From Alphaproteobacteria bacterium (GTDB lineage: Bacteria > Pseudomonadota > Alphaproteobacteria > UBA7887), in the NCBI GenBank assembly GCA_965216755.1, contig CBDCGL010000011.1, positions 3,040,001 to 3,104,000 on the forward strand: a stretch of 64,000 nt of DNA, given 5' to 3'. Positions within the stretch are counted from its first letter, which is position 1, and each line of letters opens with the position of its first letter. The notes under the pieces were generated by a model. That model saw only the letters and a program-made list of their open reading frames with translations, searched no databases and had not been told where the DNA came from. Positions 1-8,559 of this stretch are shown here, piece by piece. Position numbers and translations under genes: made by a program.

Positions 1-449
1 ATCGCGCCAAAGGTGATGTCCTTGGCGGTGATGAACAGCACGGTGGCAAGAACAATATCGACTATGCCGCCGAACATCAGCAACATCCAACCATCGGCTG
101 GTCGCAGGCGGTTCCCGAAGCTGCACCAAATCACGCTGTCGATGACCACAAACACCGCCAACATCAAAGCCAAAGCATAGGTGCCGGCCAGCGGATAGTG
201 CCACAAAATCACACCGGCCAACGCCGCGAAGCTTCCGGCAGCGAGCATTTGATAGGCGCCCGGCTGGCGATAGAAAAAGAACGCGTCGACCAACCGGATC
301 ACGCCGATGAAAAGGAACAGGCCGGAAAGGAAGGAACTTTCCAGTCCGTCAAACGACAGCGGTGCGACGACGCCAGTGACACCTGCAACCAGGGTCAGCA
401 AACCGACCCACTGCAATGGTCGCCAATAGCCCGGGGAAACTTGATTCAT
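1..449 (-). CDS. HdeD/DUF308-like membrane protein (3' end runs off window)
   Basis: Manual translation from ATG at 449 (MNQVSPGYWRPLQWVGLLTLVAGVTGVVAP...GWMLLMFGGIVDIVLA); several short hydrophobic helices; not in ORF track. Confidence 0.6.
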   Translation of the reverse strand, partial: MNQVSPGYWRPLQWVGLLTLVAGVTGVVAPLSFDGLESSFLSGLFLFIGVIRLVDAFFFYRQPGAYQMLAAGSFAALAGVILWHYPLAGTYALALMLAVFVVIDSVIWCSFGNRLRPADGWMLLMFGGIVDIVLATVLFITAKDITFGA

Positions 450-682
450 CGTGGTCCCACGCCTGCGCGATAAAGGTTTGTCTATGGGACATGTTGTTCC
501 GTTTCAGCTGCGGCAACCGATTTGTCTGATTTGTCGACCCGAAAAGGCATGATCACGGGTCGCGAACCACAAATCCAAGTCGATTCTGGTTGGCGACGAA
601 CGAATCTATACTATGGATGCTTGGCCGCGCGCGCCTTTGGCCGTTCGGTGGTTTGAAAACATATCGCTGCGAAAAGACTGAC

Positions 683-3406
683 ATGGCCACCGGACCGCGA
701 CAAGAACAAGCTGATGAAACGGGCGACCGCCGTTCGGAAAGTGACGCTGGCTGGTTCAATAAGTTGGCGGAGTCCAGTCTGCAAGGCGTTTTGGTTTATC
801 GCGATCTAAAGCCGCTTTACGCCAATCGGCGGCTGGCCGAGATGCTTGGCTGCGCCGACCCGGGGGGTGTTCTCGCGTTAGAAAACGTGCTGGCGCTTTT
901 TGCGCCGGGCACACAGAGCGATATGCAGGTGCAGCTGGATTCTGTCGCCCGGAACCCAGGTGACCGCGAGAACGCGGTAGCGAAAATGTGCAAGGCCGAC
1001 GGTACTTTGGTTTGGGTCGAGTGGGCATCGGAGAACGTAACGTGGGATGACACGGCTGCCGTGTTGCTGACATGTGTCGACGTCACCCGCTTCAAATTGG
1101 CTGAATCTGAGGCGCAGGAACGCGCACAAACCCTGCGCGAACTTCTTGAAGTTTCAAACGATTGGTATTGGGAAACGGATTCCGAACATCGCGCGACCGA
1201 TCTGACATTGTGCTCTGGGTTGGAAGATACATACGACCCGCACAAAGATTTGGGGTTGACGCGGTGGGAGCGGTCCGGGGTCATGGAGGCCAAGGCGTGG
1301 CAGCCTCACATCGAAGACTTGGTGGCGCGTCGATCGTTCCGCGATTTTCGCTTCTGGCGGCGATTTCGCGACGGGTCGGTTGTTCACGCGGCCATATCGG
1401 GCGTCCCTTTTTATGGCGAAGATGGCACGTTTCACGGTTATCGCGGCGTCACGCGCGATGTCACGTCCGAGGTCGTGGCCGAGCAACAACTGCGCGAACG
1501 GGAAAGCTTGTTGAGCGAAATTCTGGAATCCGCCTCGGATTGGCTGTGGGAGACCGATGTCGTCCACCGGTTCACGTTCCGCTTTCCGGGACCGTCAAGC
1601 ATTTCGCAAGTCGTCGGCAAGACTCGCTGGGCGAATGCCGCCCGTGAAGACCTCGAGGCGAATCCCGAAAAGTGGCGCCAGCACAAGGACGATTTGGCCA
1701 ACCATCGGCCAATTCGCGATTTCCGGTACTTGGTTGGGTCAAGCGCCGGGGGTACTAAGTGGGTGCGTGTCAGCGGCCAGCCGACCTTTGACAGCGATGG
1801 GCAATTCACGGGGTATCGTGGTGTCGCGACGGACATTACCGCCGCGGTGCAGGCGGAAGAAAGAACACGCGCGGCCCGCAACCAGCTGGTCGCCGCAATC
1901 AATACGATAAACACGCCGATCGCGCTTTTTGACGCTCACGAACGCCTGGTACATACAAATGCGGCCTATCGCAGTTTGTACGCCGACGATGACGCGTTCG
2001 TCGCGCCCGGCCGCCACGTCGAAGATCTTGTCAGATATCAGCTTGAGGCCAAGGCTTTTCCCGACGGGATCGGCCGCGAGGAATCGTGGTTCGCGAATCG
2101 GATGCGCCGTTTTCGCGAAGCCAAACAACCGAGCGAGATCCATCATGAAAACGGAGAAGCCTATCTGGTCTACGATTTGCGGCTGCCGGACGGCGGCACC
2201 TTGGTTATCCGTTCCGACATAACCGAGCGCGTCATGGGGGAACGGGCTTTGCGGCTCGCCAAAGTCACCGCCGAACGTGCGAGCCAATCCAAATCGCGGT
2301 TCTTGGCCGCGGCCAGCCATGACCTCCGTCAGCCCTTACAGGCCCTGACTCTCTACGCCGATATCTTGTCGACCTATGTGCATGCCAGCAAAGGACAGAA
2401 GGTCATCGACAATATCCGCGACAATCTGTCCGGCATGGCCGGCATGCTGGATTTGCTGCTGGACATTTCGGAATTCGACTCGGGCACGATCAAACCAAAT
2501 TTCGCTGCCGTCCCGATAAACAACCTTCTCCGCCGGCTGGAACAGGAGTTTGCCATCCAGGCAAGAGCGGACGGTGTCATCGTCAAGTTCGTTTCGTGTA
2601 CGCAGGCAATTGAGACTGACGCCGAACTGCTTATGCGCGTTCTGGAAAACTTCGTCGCAAACGCGATCCGTTACTGTGATCGGGGTCGCGTTTTGGTGGG
2701 ATGCCGGCGGCACGACGACAACCTGATGATTCAGGTTTGGGACACGGGCGTTGGCATTCCGCAGGACGAGCAAGAGGCGATTTTTGAGGAATACCACCAG
2801 CTCGATAATCCGGCTCGTGACCGGCGCAAAGGTCTGGGGCTCGGCCTGGCAGTTGCCAAACGGGTGGCGGATCTTCTGGGACGTGCGATCACTGTTCGCT
2901 CGACCCTCGGCAAAGGTTCGATGTTTGGTGTCAGCGTGCCATTGTCTGAGGTCAAGTTGGAGACCCACGAAGGCCTGATCGAGACCGGGCCAGTGCGAGA
3001 TGTTGGAACGTTGCGCCAGAAACATGTGATCCTCGTCGAAGACGACGATCGCGTGCGCGCGGTTATCGAACAGCTTCTAGATGATGATGGCGCACGGGTC
3101 CATAGTTTCGCGAGCGCAGCGCAAGTCCCGTCAAATCTGGCTGCGGAGAGCTGGCGCCCGGCGCTGGCGATTGCCGATTTCAGGCTGGGCGAGGGCGTTA
3201 CCGGTGCCGATGTCATCAGGGGCATTCGTCGCGATTTGGGCACGCGCGTCCCGGCGATTATCCTGACCGGAGATACGGGTTCCGAACCCGAACGGGCAGC
3301 GCAAGATCTTGGTTGCGAATTATTACACAAGCCTGTCGACGGCGCGCTTCTAACAGCGACGATGGTCCGGGCCATAACGCATCGCCAACAAACCAACAAG
3401 TTTTGA
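683..3406 (+). CDS. Multi-PAS hybrid sensor histidine kinase (PAS x4, HisKA, HATPase, REC)
   Basis: PAS repeats (DWYWETD / DWLWETD ... GYRG), H-box AASHDLRQPL, NAIRY, DTGVGI, GLGLGL, C-terminal receiver (LVEDD...LLHKP); ORF opens at 590, likely start 683. Confidence 0.92.
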   Translation: MATGPRQEQADETGDRRSESDAGWFNKLAESSLQGVLVYRDLKPLYANRRLAEMLGCADPGGVLALENVLALFAPGTQSDMQVQLDSVARNPGDRENAVAKMCKADGTLVWVEWASENVTWDDTAAVLLTCVDVTRFKLAESEAQERAQTLRELLEVSNDWYWETDSEHRATDLTLCSGLEDTYDPHKDLGLTRWERSGVMEAKAWQPHIEDLVARRSFRDFRFWRRFRDGSVVHAAISGVPFYGEDGTFHGYRGVTRDVTSEVVAEQQLRERESLLSEILESASDWLWETDVVHRFTFRFPGPSSISQVVGKTRWANAAREDLEANPEKWRQHKDDLANHRPIRDFRYLVGSSAGGTKWVRVSGQPTFDSDGQFTGYRGVATDITAAVQAEERTRAARNQLVAAINTINTPIALFDAHERLVHTNAAYRSLYADDDAFVAPGRHVEDLVRYQLEAKAFPDGIGREESWFANRMRRFREAKQPSEIHHENGEAYLVYDLRLPDGGTLVIRSDITERVMGERALRLAKVTAERASQSKSRFLAAASHDLRQPLQALTLYADILSTYVHASKGQKVIDNIRDNLSGMAGMLDLLLDISEFDSGTIKPNFAAVPINNLLRRLEQEFAIQARADGVIVKFVSCTQAIETDAELLMRVLENFVANAIRYCDRGRVLVGCRRHDDNLMIQVWDTGVGIPQDEQEAIFEEYHQLDNPARDRRKGLGLGLAVAKRVADLLGRAITVRSTLGKGSMFGVSVPLSEVKLETHEGLIETGPVRDVGTLRQKHVILVEDDDRVRAVIEQLLDDDGARVHSFASAAQVPSNLAAESWRPALAIADFRLGEGVTGADVIRGIRRDLGTRVPAIILTGDTGSEPERAAQDLGCELLHKPVDGALLTATMVRAITHRQQTNKF

Positions 3407-3498
3407 TTGGTTTTTTCCATGGCAATGATTGGTGCACTGACTGTCGCTTGATTGTTGAAGCGGAACCTTGAAATTTGAGACGCGAAACGCGTTTCGAC

Positions 3499-3657
3499 AT
3501 GTTGGATATGCTTTCGGATATCTCGGAACTTGATGCCGGCGCGATGGAGACAAACTGATGATTCAGGTTTGGGACACCGGCATTGGCGTCCCGCAAGATC
3601 AGCAAGACGCAATTTTCGAGGCGTATCATCAGCTCGACAATCCGGCCCGCGATCGTC
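3499..3657 (+). pseudogene. Internally deleted relic of a paralogous histidine kinase
   Basis: Two out-of-frame pieces, MLDMLSDISELDAG and DKLMIQVWDTGIGVPQDQQDAIFEAYHQLDNPARDR, match MLDLLLDISEFDSG and DNLMIQVWDTGVGIPQDEQEAIFEEYHQLDNPARDR of the upstream kinase. Confidence 0.8.
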
Positions 3658-3670
3658 TTGTGTTTCGGTG

Positions 3671-3763
3671 GTTCCGGTGACAGTTTACTAAATACACTAC
3701 ATTTTGTGCGCATATATTCCCAGGGCACACTATTTTGTGGTTCTAGTAATCTGTCACCGGAAC
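3671..3763. repeat. Dispersed inverted-repeat element, copy 1 (core 3675-3759, degenerate right arm)
   Basis: gttccggtgacagtttactaaatacac ... gtggttctagtaatctgtcaccggaac; 4 mismatches in 27 bp. Confidence 0.9.
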
Positions 3764-3778
3764 TACCACAACCGACGG

Positions 3779-4891
3779 CTAACCAACCGTCTGCGAAAGC
3801 CGCACACCAAGCACGTGGGCATCGCGCCCGATAACATGGCCAGACGATCCGGCGATCAACGGATCTGGCCCGTGCGCAATATGCGGGTTCCTGTTGGGGT
3901 AATCGAGCCGGCTCAAGAAATGCAACATGCAGTTGATGCGGGCGCGTTTCTTGTCTGAAGACTTGACGATTGTCCACGGTGCGTCAGCGGTGTCTGTGTA
4001 GAAAAACATCGCTTCTTTGGCTTCCGTATAGTCCTCCCACTTTTCAAGGGATGCTTGGTCGATGGGGCTCAGCTTCCATTGCTTCAGCGGATCTGTCTTG
4101 CGCGCCTGAAAGCGGCGAAACTGCTCGTCGCGTGTGACCGAAAACCAATATTTGAACAGCCGAATACCACTGTTGACCAACATCCGTTCCATTTGCGGAC
4201 ATTGGCGCATGAATTCCAAGTATTCGTTGGGCGAACAGAACTCCATCACCCGCTCGACGCCGGCACGATTGTACCAGGAGCGGTCGAAAAGAACGATCTC
4301 ACCGGCGGTTGGCAAATGCTCAATGTAGCGTTGAAAATACCACTGGCCCTGTTCCTGCTCGGTCGGTTTTTCCAAAGCGACGACGCGCGCGCCACGCGGA
4401 TTGAGGTGCTCCATAAACCTCTTGATGGTGCCGCCCTTGCCGGCCGCGTCGCGCCCCTCGAACAAAACGACGATCTTTTGCCCGGTTTCTTTGACCCAGC
4501 TTTGCACCTTGAGGAGTTCGGCCTGCAGTTCGCGTTTCCGCGCTTCGTAGATGGCGCGTTTCATGCGTGTTCGATAGGGATAGACGTCGCTTTGGAAATT
4601 CTCGCGTAGGCGCTGCGGATCATGGCGAATCTCAGCCAGAACATGCTGCACTTCGGCGCCATGGGCGTTCTCAAGCGCGGCTATGTCCCGTTTGGACTTA
4701 GACCGTCCCTTGGCAGCCGGCTTGCCGCGCGCCTTTGTGTTGCCGTTCGCACCCGCGTCAGCGCGTTGCTTCTTTTTCGGCGCGTCGGCTGTGTTCGCTT
4801 TTGTCGTCGCCGGTCGAACGGACTTGTCCGCCAGCTGCGTGATCTTCGCGCTCACGCCTGTATCGTTTGACAATTGATCATCTTGTGACAT
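3779..4891 (-). CDS. ppk2: Polyphosphate kinase 2
   Basis: FEGRDAAGKGG Walker A, LFDRSWYNRAGVERVM, PLKQWKLSP. Confidence 0.95.
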   Translation of the reverse strand: MSQDDQLSNDTGVSAKITQLADKSVRPATTKANTADAPKKKQRADAGANGNTKARGKPAAKGRSKSKRDIAALENAHGAEVQHVLAEIRHDPQRLRENFQSDVYPYRTRMKRAIYEARKRELQAELLKVQSWVKETGQKIVVLFEGRDAAGKGGTIKRFMEHLNPRGARVVALEKPTEQEQGQWYFQRYIEHLPTAGEIVLFDRSWYNRAGVERVMEFCSPNEYLEFMRQCPQMERMLVNSGIRLFKYWFSVTRDEQFRRFQARKTDPLKQWKLSPIDQASLEKWEDYTEAKEAMFFYTDTADAPWTIVKSSDKKRARINCMLHFLSRLDYPNRNPHIAHGPDPLIAGSSGHVIGRDAHVLGVRLSQTVG

Positions 4892-4971
4892 GGCTCGACT
4901 CGTTACATGGTCGGTTGACGGCGCGGCGTACCCGATCGCTTCGGCACGTCGCCCGCATCGCTATTGGTTAT

Positions 4972-5010
4972 TTCGTGAAGTTCATTAAATTTCATTAAAG
5001 TTCATTAAAT
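4972..5010. promoter_or_regulatory. 10-bp direct repeat array upstream of ppk2
   Basis: ttcattaaat ttcattaaag ttcattaaat, preceded by degenerate ttcgtgaag; period of about one helical turn. Confidence 0.5.
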
Positions 5011-5334
5011 CGGCCAGTTCAACGCGCGTCGCGCACGGTTGGGCAAAAAGATGCGTCCCGGCAGCCATGCGATTCGCTTTACCTGAGACGCGGGTGGCCG
5101 CACCGACATTGCTGTCGGCAATTCTAGCAATAACAACGCTTTATTTGCGACCCGGCCGATACCGCACCGGTTGATCCCAAATCTCCACTCACCCCTATGG
5201 CGACCGGGCGGCGTGTTACGGGGCATGGCGCCGTGGCGCCGGCACGCAATTCGGTGTGCTGGCGACGGCCGTCCGGTAACGGGGGCGGAGCTGCCCCGAT
5301 CGTCGGCGCCATCGGCATCTTGGAGGACCCGGCC

Positions 5335-5787
5335 ATGAACAAGCTTGCCGTTTGGGCGGTTGCCGTGGTGAGCGGCGCGCTTGCTGCGCCTGCCGCCGTC
5401 GATCGGTTCCTCGCCGCCGAGGACTGCGCCTTGTGTGCCCATCAACAGGTCTGCGCGCCGGAGACCTCGCTTGATGCCTGCGCGATTCAGGCGTTGCAGT
5501 TTTATGCCTGGCAGGGCGTGCAGGCGCGCACCCTGTCGGGCAATGATTTGGCCCGGTTTGTCGGCGAAACGCGCGTCGGCAAGATCGGTCGCAGTGTCGA
5601 TGTTGCGGTCTTCTTTTGGAAAGACAATGAGCCGCAAGACGGTGTCTTCGTCTTACTCGGCCACGTCGGCGCGGGCGACCAAGGCACAGTTATCATCGGC
5701 AAAAAGATGTTCTCCACCAGCTGCGTCTTCACCGACATTTGGGGTGCGCGCGGCTATGCAGAGATTGGTCAGCCCTATCGCAGCTAG
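5335..5787 (+). CDS. Hypothetical secreted protein
   Basis: GGAGG RBS before ATG 5335; signal-peptide-like N-terminus MNKLAVWAVAVVSGALAAPAA; followed by a terminator. Confidence 0.6.
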   Translation: MNKLAVWAVAVVSGALAAPAAVDRFLAAEDCALCAHQQVCAPETSLDACAIQALQFYAWQGVQARTLSGNDLARFVGETRVGKIGRSVDVAVFFWKDNEPQDGVFVLLGHVGAGDQGTVIIGKKMFSTSCVFTDIWGARGYAEIGQPYRS

Positions 5788-5839
5788 AACTCTCACGGAT
5801 CAACCTGGGTGACTCCCCTCCACCAAGTCACCCAACGCT

Positions 5840-5875
5840 GCGGGCGTGGACGCCCCGGGTCCACGCCCGCTTTTT
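5840..5875 (+). terminator. Rho-independent terminator
   Basis: 12-bp stem gcgggcgtggac/gtccacgcccgc followed by ttttt. Confidence 0.8.
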
Positions 5876-5905
5876 AGACAAGAATTAGAGGCGCGCGCCC
5901 ACGCT

Positions 5906-6553
5906 TCACCCGGTGGTTTGCGACCAAGCGCGCAAGCTCTCCAGGATCTTGGTCAAAATCGGTTCCATCGATGGACCCAAAGTTTCGTTGGCAATCGCTT
6001 GCTCAATCATCGATTCGATTTGCGGTAATGCTGCGACGACCATTTTGCCAAAAGCCGCTTTGCCGTCATCAGACAGACCCTGCACACCAGTGCCGATATC
6101 GTCAAACTTGGCCGCCAGACTGTCCAGTTCCGGTTGCACGGCCTCGGCGGTGCTGTCGACGCTTAGGCCGCTCAGCAAATTGGTCAAACCGCCGAGCGAA
6201 TCGGTCAGCTCCTGACCAAAATCGACGCCATTCGCGACCAACGCGGCGACTTGGTCGGTTGCGTCCGCGGTCGCCTGCGCGGCATCTTCAGCGACACCTT
6301 GAACCGAATCGGCGGCGTTTTCCGCCATGGTCTGGGTGGCGTCGACGGCGTCCTCGACCGCATTCTGTGTCGCCTCCGCGGCGTCTTCCGTTAATTCGGC
6401 GACCGACTCGACAGCCTGATCCGCCGCGCCGGCAATTTCATCGACTGCTTGATCGGTTTGTTCGGCCACATCCTGCTGTTCTTCGGGTCCTAAAAGGTAA
6501 TACCCAACCAAAACCACAACAACGACGACCAATAGGCCCGTAAGCCAACGCAT
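5906..6553 (-). CDS. Hypothetical membrane-anchored acidic, Ala-rich helical protein
   Basis: MRWLTGLLVVVVVVLVGYYLLG anchor, then 11-residue-like repeats (AEDAAEATQNA); GAGGGGAG RBS. Confidence 0.7.
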   Translation of the reverse strand: MRWLTGLLVVVVVVLVGYYLLGPEEQQDVAEQTDQAVDEIAGAADQAVESVAELTEDAAEATQNAVEDAVDATQTMAENAADSVQGVAEDAAQATADATDQVAALVANGVDFGQELTDSLGGLTNLLSGLSVDSTAEAVQPELDSLAAKFDDIGTGVQGLSDDGKAAFGKMVVAALPQIESMIEQAIANETLGPSMEPILTKILESLRAWSQTTG

Positions 6554-6720
6554 TGCACACTCCCCTCTTCTGTTTCGGGCCAGCCGCCAAGCCGGCGCCA
6601 GGCCAAATGCAACGTTAGTCCAAAGTCGGTCACAAGATGCGTGTTCCACGCCCCGCCGGACGGCGAATGGCGCCGCAAGGCGATGCCATGTGCTCAACTG
6701 ACCTCGGCGTCCGCCTCATA

Positions 6721-6760
6721 CGACACCGTCTTATCCGACACCGTCTTATCCGACATCGTC
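6721..6760. repeat. 15-bp tandem repeat (about 2.7 copies)
   Basis: cgacaccgtcttatc cgacaccgtcttatc cgacatcgtc. Confidence 0.75.
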
Positions 6761-7146
6761 GTCCAAGGTCGCTCTTTGCCACGCGCCATGCTTGCACGGT
6801 CAGCAACTTGGCGTACCCAATCACAACTCGCGCGGGTTGGCAAGATCGCCGGCGCTTCGAACGCGTGCTGTCATTTCCGACCGCGCGGCTCCCACCCTAG
6901 AGCAGTGTCCGACAATATTGAACCATTCTGCCGGAGCGCCAACGTCGCGCCGCGCCGCCCTTCGCGTGGATCGCCACGCCGGGCCGCAAACAGATCTGAT
7001 TCAATATCATCGGACACTGCTCTAGCTACCGAAGCGATCATGCACATATCCGTGTTCCTTGTCGCCAATGTGGACCATGATGATCGCCAAAGGGCGCGGA
7101 AAAGGGCATCAGGCCGAAAACAGGTCTCAAGTTAGCGGGCGGGACA

Positions 7147-8184
7147 CTATTTTGTTTGGTCTCCGGCGGTTATGCGCCGCGCGAGATCGAAAAAGCCGCG
7201 CTTGCGGTCCGAACTGATACGCCAATTGACCGGAACGCTTTGGTAGCCGCAGTCGAACGATTCGCCGTCCAACCGGTAATCGAAAAAACCCCAAGAGGCA
7301 AATTCGCTGACCGCCGCCAGGAAATTGTTGTCGGCTTCATCGAACCGGAAATGGTCGTCCTCGTTGAACAGGATCGGCATCGGCCGGTAGCCGGTCACCT
7401 GTCGGGTTTGGCGCACCATGGCGCGGATGGCCGCTGGCTGATCCACGCGATTTCCATGCAAGAGCACAAAGTCGCTGGCGGAGACCACGTTGCTTGTGGG
7501 GATCGTACCGCCGCCATAGCTGGTGCCGGCCAGCAAGCGTGCACCATCCCGTTCATGGCCCCGCACGCGCAAGATCAGTTCATGCACGCGCGCCGGCTTG
7601 AGAATCGGCTGTTCGTAACGGATGTCGCATTCATTGTTGATTTCGAGCAAGACGTGGCGGTAACGCTGCGCCGACAGCCACGCCACGGCATTGTCAACCG
7701 CTTGTACGATAGCGCCCTCGCTGGTGAAAACCCGTTCCTGGCCGAAATAGAACAGACCCAAGATGACGACCATGCCGAGATCGTCGGCGGCATCCAACAG
7801 GCGCGCCAGCCGCGCCAGATAGTCCGCGCGCAAATGGCCGTCCGGCGCGAAGGCCGAATTGGTCCAGGGCTGGGCCTTTGAATAGCCATAGGGACTGCCA
7901 CCTTGCAAATTCAGGGTGAAAGCACGCACGCCGTGGGCGGCCCAGCTCGGCATGGCGTCGATAAACGCGTTGGTGTTGCGGTCGGGATCCCAAATCCCCG
8001 TATCTGGATAGGCCCAAAGATGTCGGGTCGCCGGGTTGAGATCGTCAAATATCCCTTGAACCATGCGGGCGTTGAGCAACAACCCCTCAATCGGTCGACC
8101 CTGCCACGTAACGCCTGCGTATGTCGGTTGGCTGTTGACAAAAAAGCGCGCGCCGCGGATTTCCACGTGGGTTTTTCGGGTCAT
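7147..8184 (-). CDS. Uncharacterised glycoside-hydrolase-like TIM barrel protein (clan GH-A-like)
   Basis: LEINNEC (acid/base-like NE) and PILFNEDD (nucleophile-like E); GMVVILGLFY segment; start MTRKTH after GGGAGG. Confidence 0.6.
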   Translation of the reverse strand: MTRKTHVEIRGARFFVNSQPTYAGVTWQGRPIEGLLLNARMVQGIFDDLNPATRHLWAYPDTGIWDPDRNTNAFIDAMPSWAAHGVRAFTLNLQGGSPYGYSKAQPWTNSAFAPDGHLRADYLARLARLLDAADDLGMVVILGLFYFGQERVFTSEGAIVQAVDNAVAWLSAQRYRHVLLEINNECDIRYEQPILKPARVHELILRVRGHERDGARLLAGTSYGGGTIPTSNVVSASDFVLLHGNRVDQPAAIRAMVRQTRQVTGYRPMPILFNEDDHFRFDEADNNFLAAVSEFASWGFFDYRLDGESFDCGYQSVPVNWRISSDRKRGFFDLARRITAGDQTK

Positions 8185-8559
8185 GTCTGCGGCCTCCCGC
8201 TTACGCCGGTGCGTCGATATCACGCGTCGATTTCGGATCTTTGAGGTTTCATTGAAGATTCGCCCCAGTAACATAATCGTCTCAATGGTTTGCTAGAAGT
8301 TCTCCGTCATCGGTTGAGTCGAAATCGTGATCGTGCCAGCGACGACATTTGGTTACGCCTTGGCGCCGCTTAACCGTACACGCCGCGCCGCATAGAACGC
8401 CGTCGACACGCTAACAGCGTCGGCGGCGTCGCTCTCGCGGCACCCGGTGTGGCGTCGCGGGGGCCAGCCTTGCATCCGTGGCAGTTGTGCAAATCCTTCG
8501 AAAGCAGGCATTATCCGTGCCCCTGGGGCAGCGGACCATGATTGGTGCGGAGATCCAAT

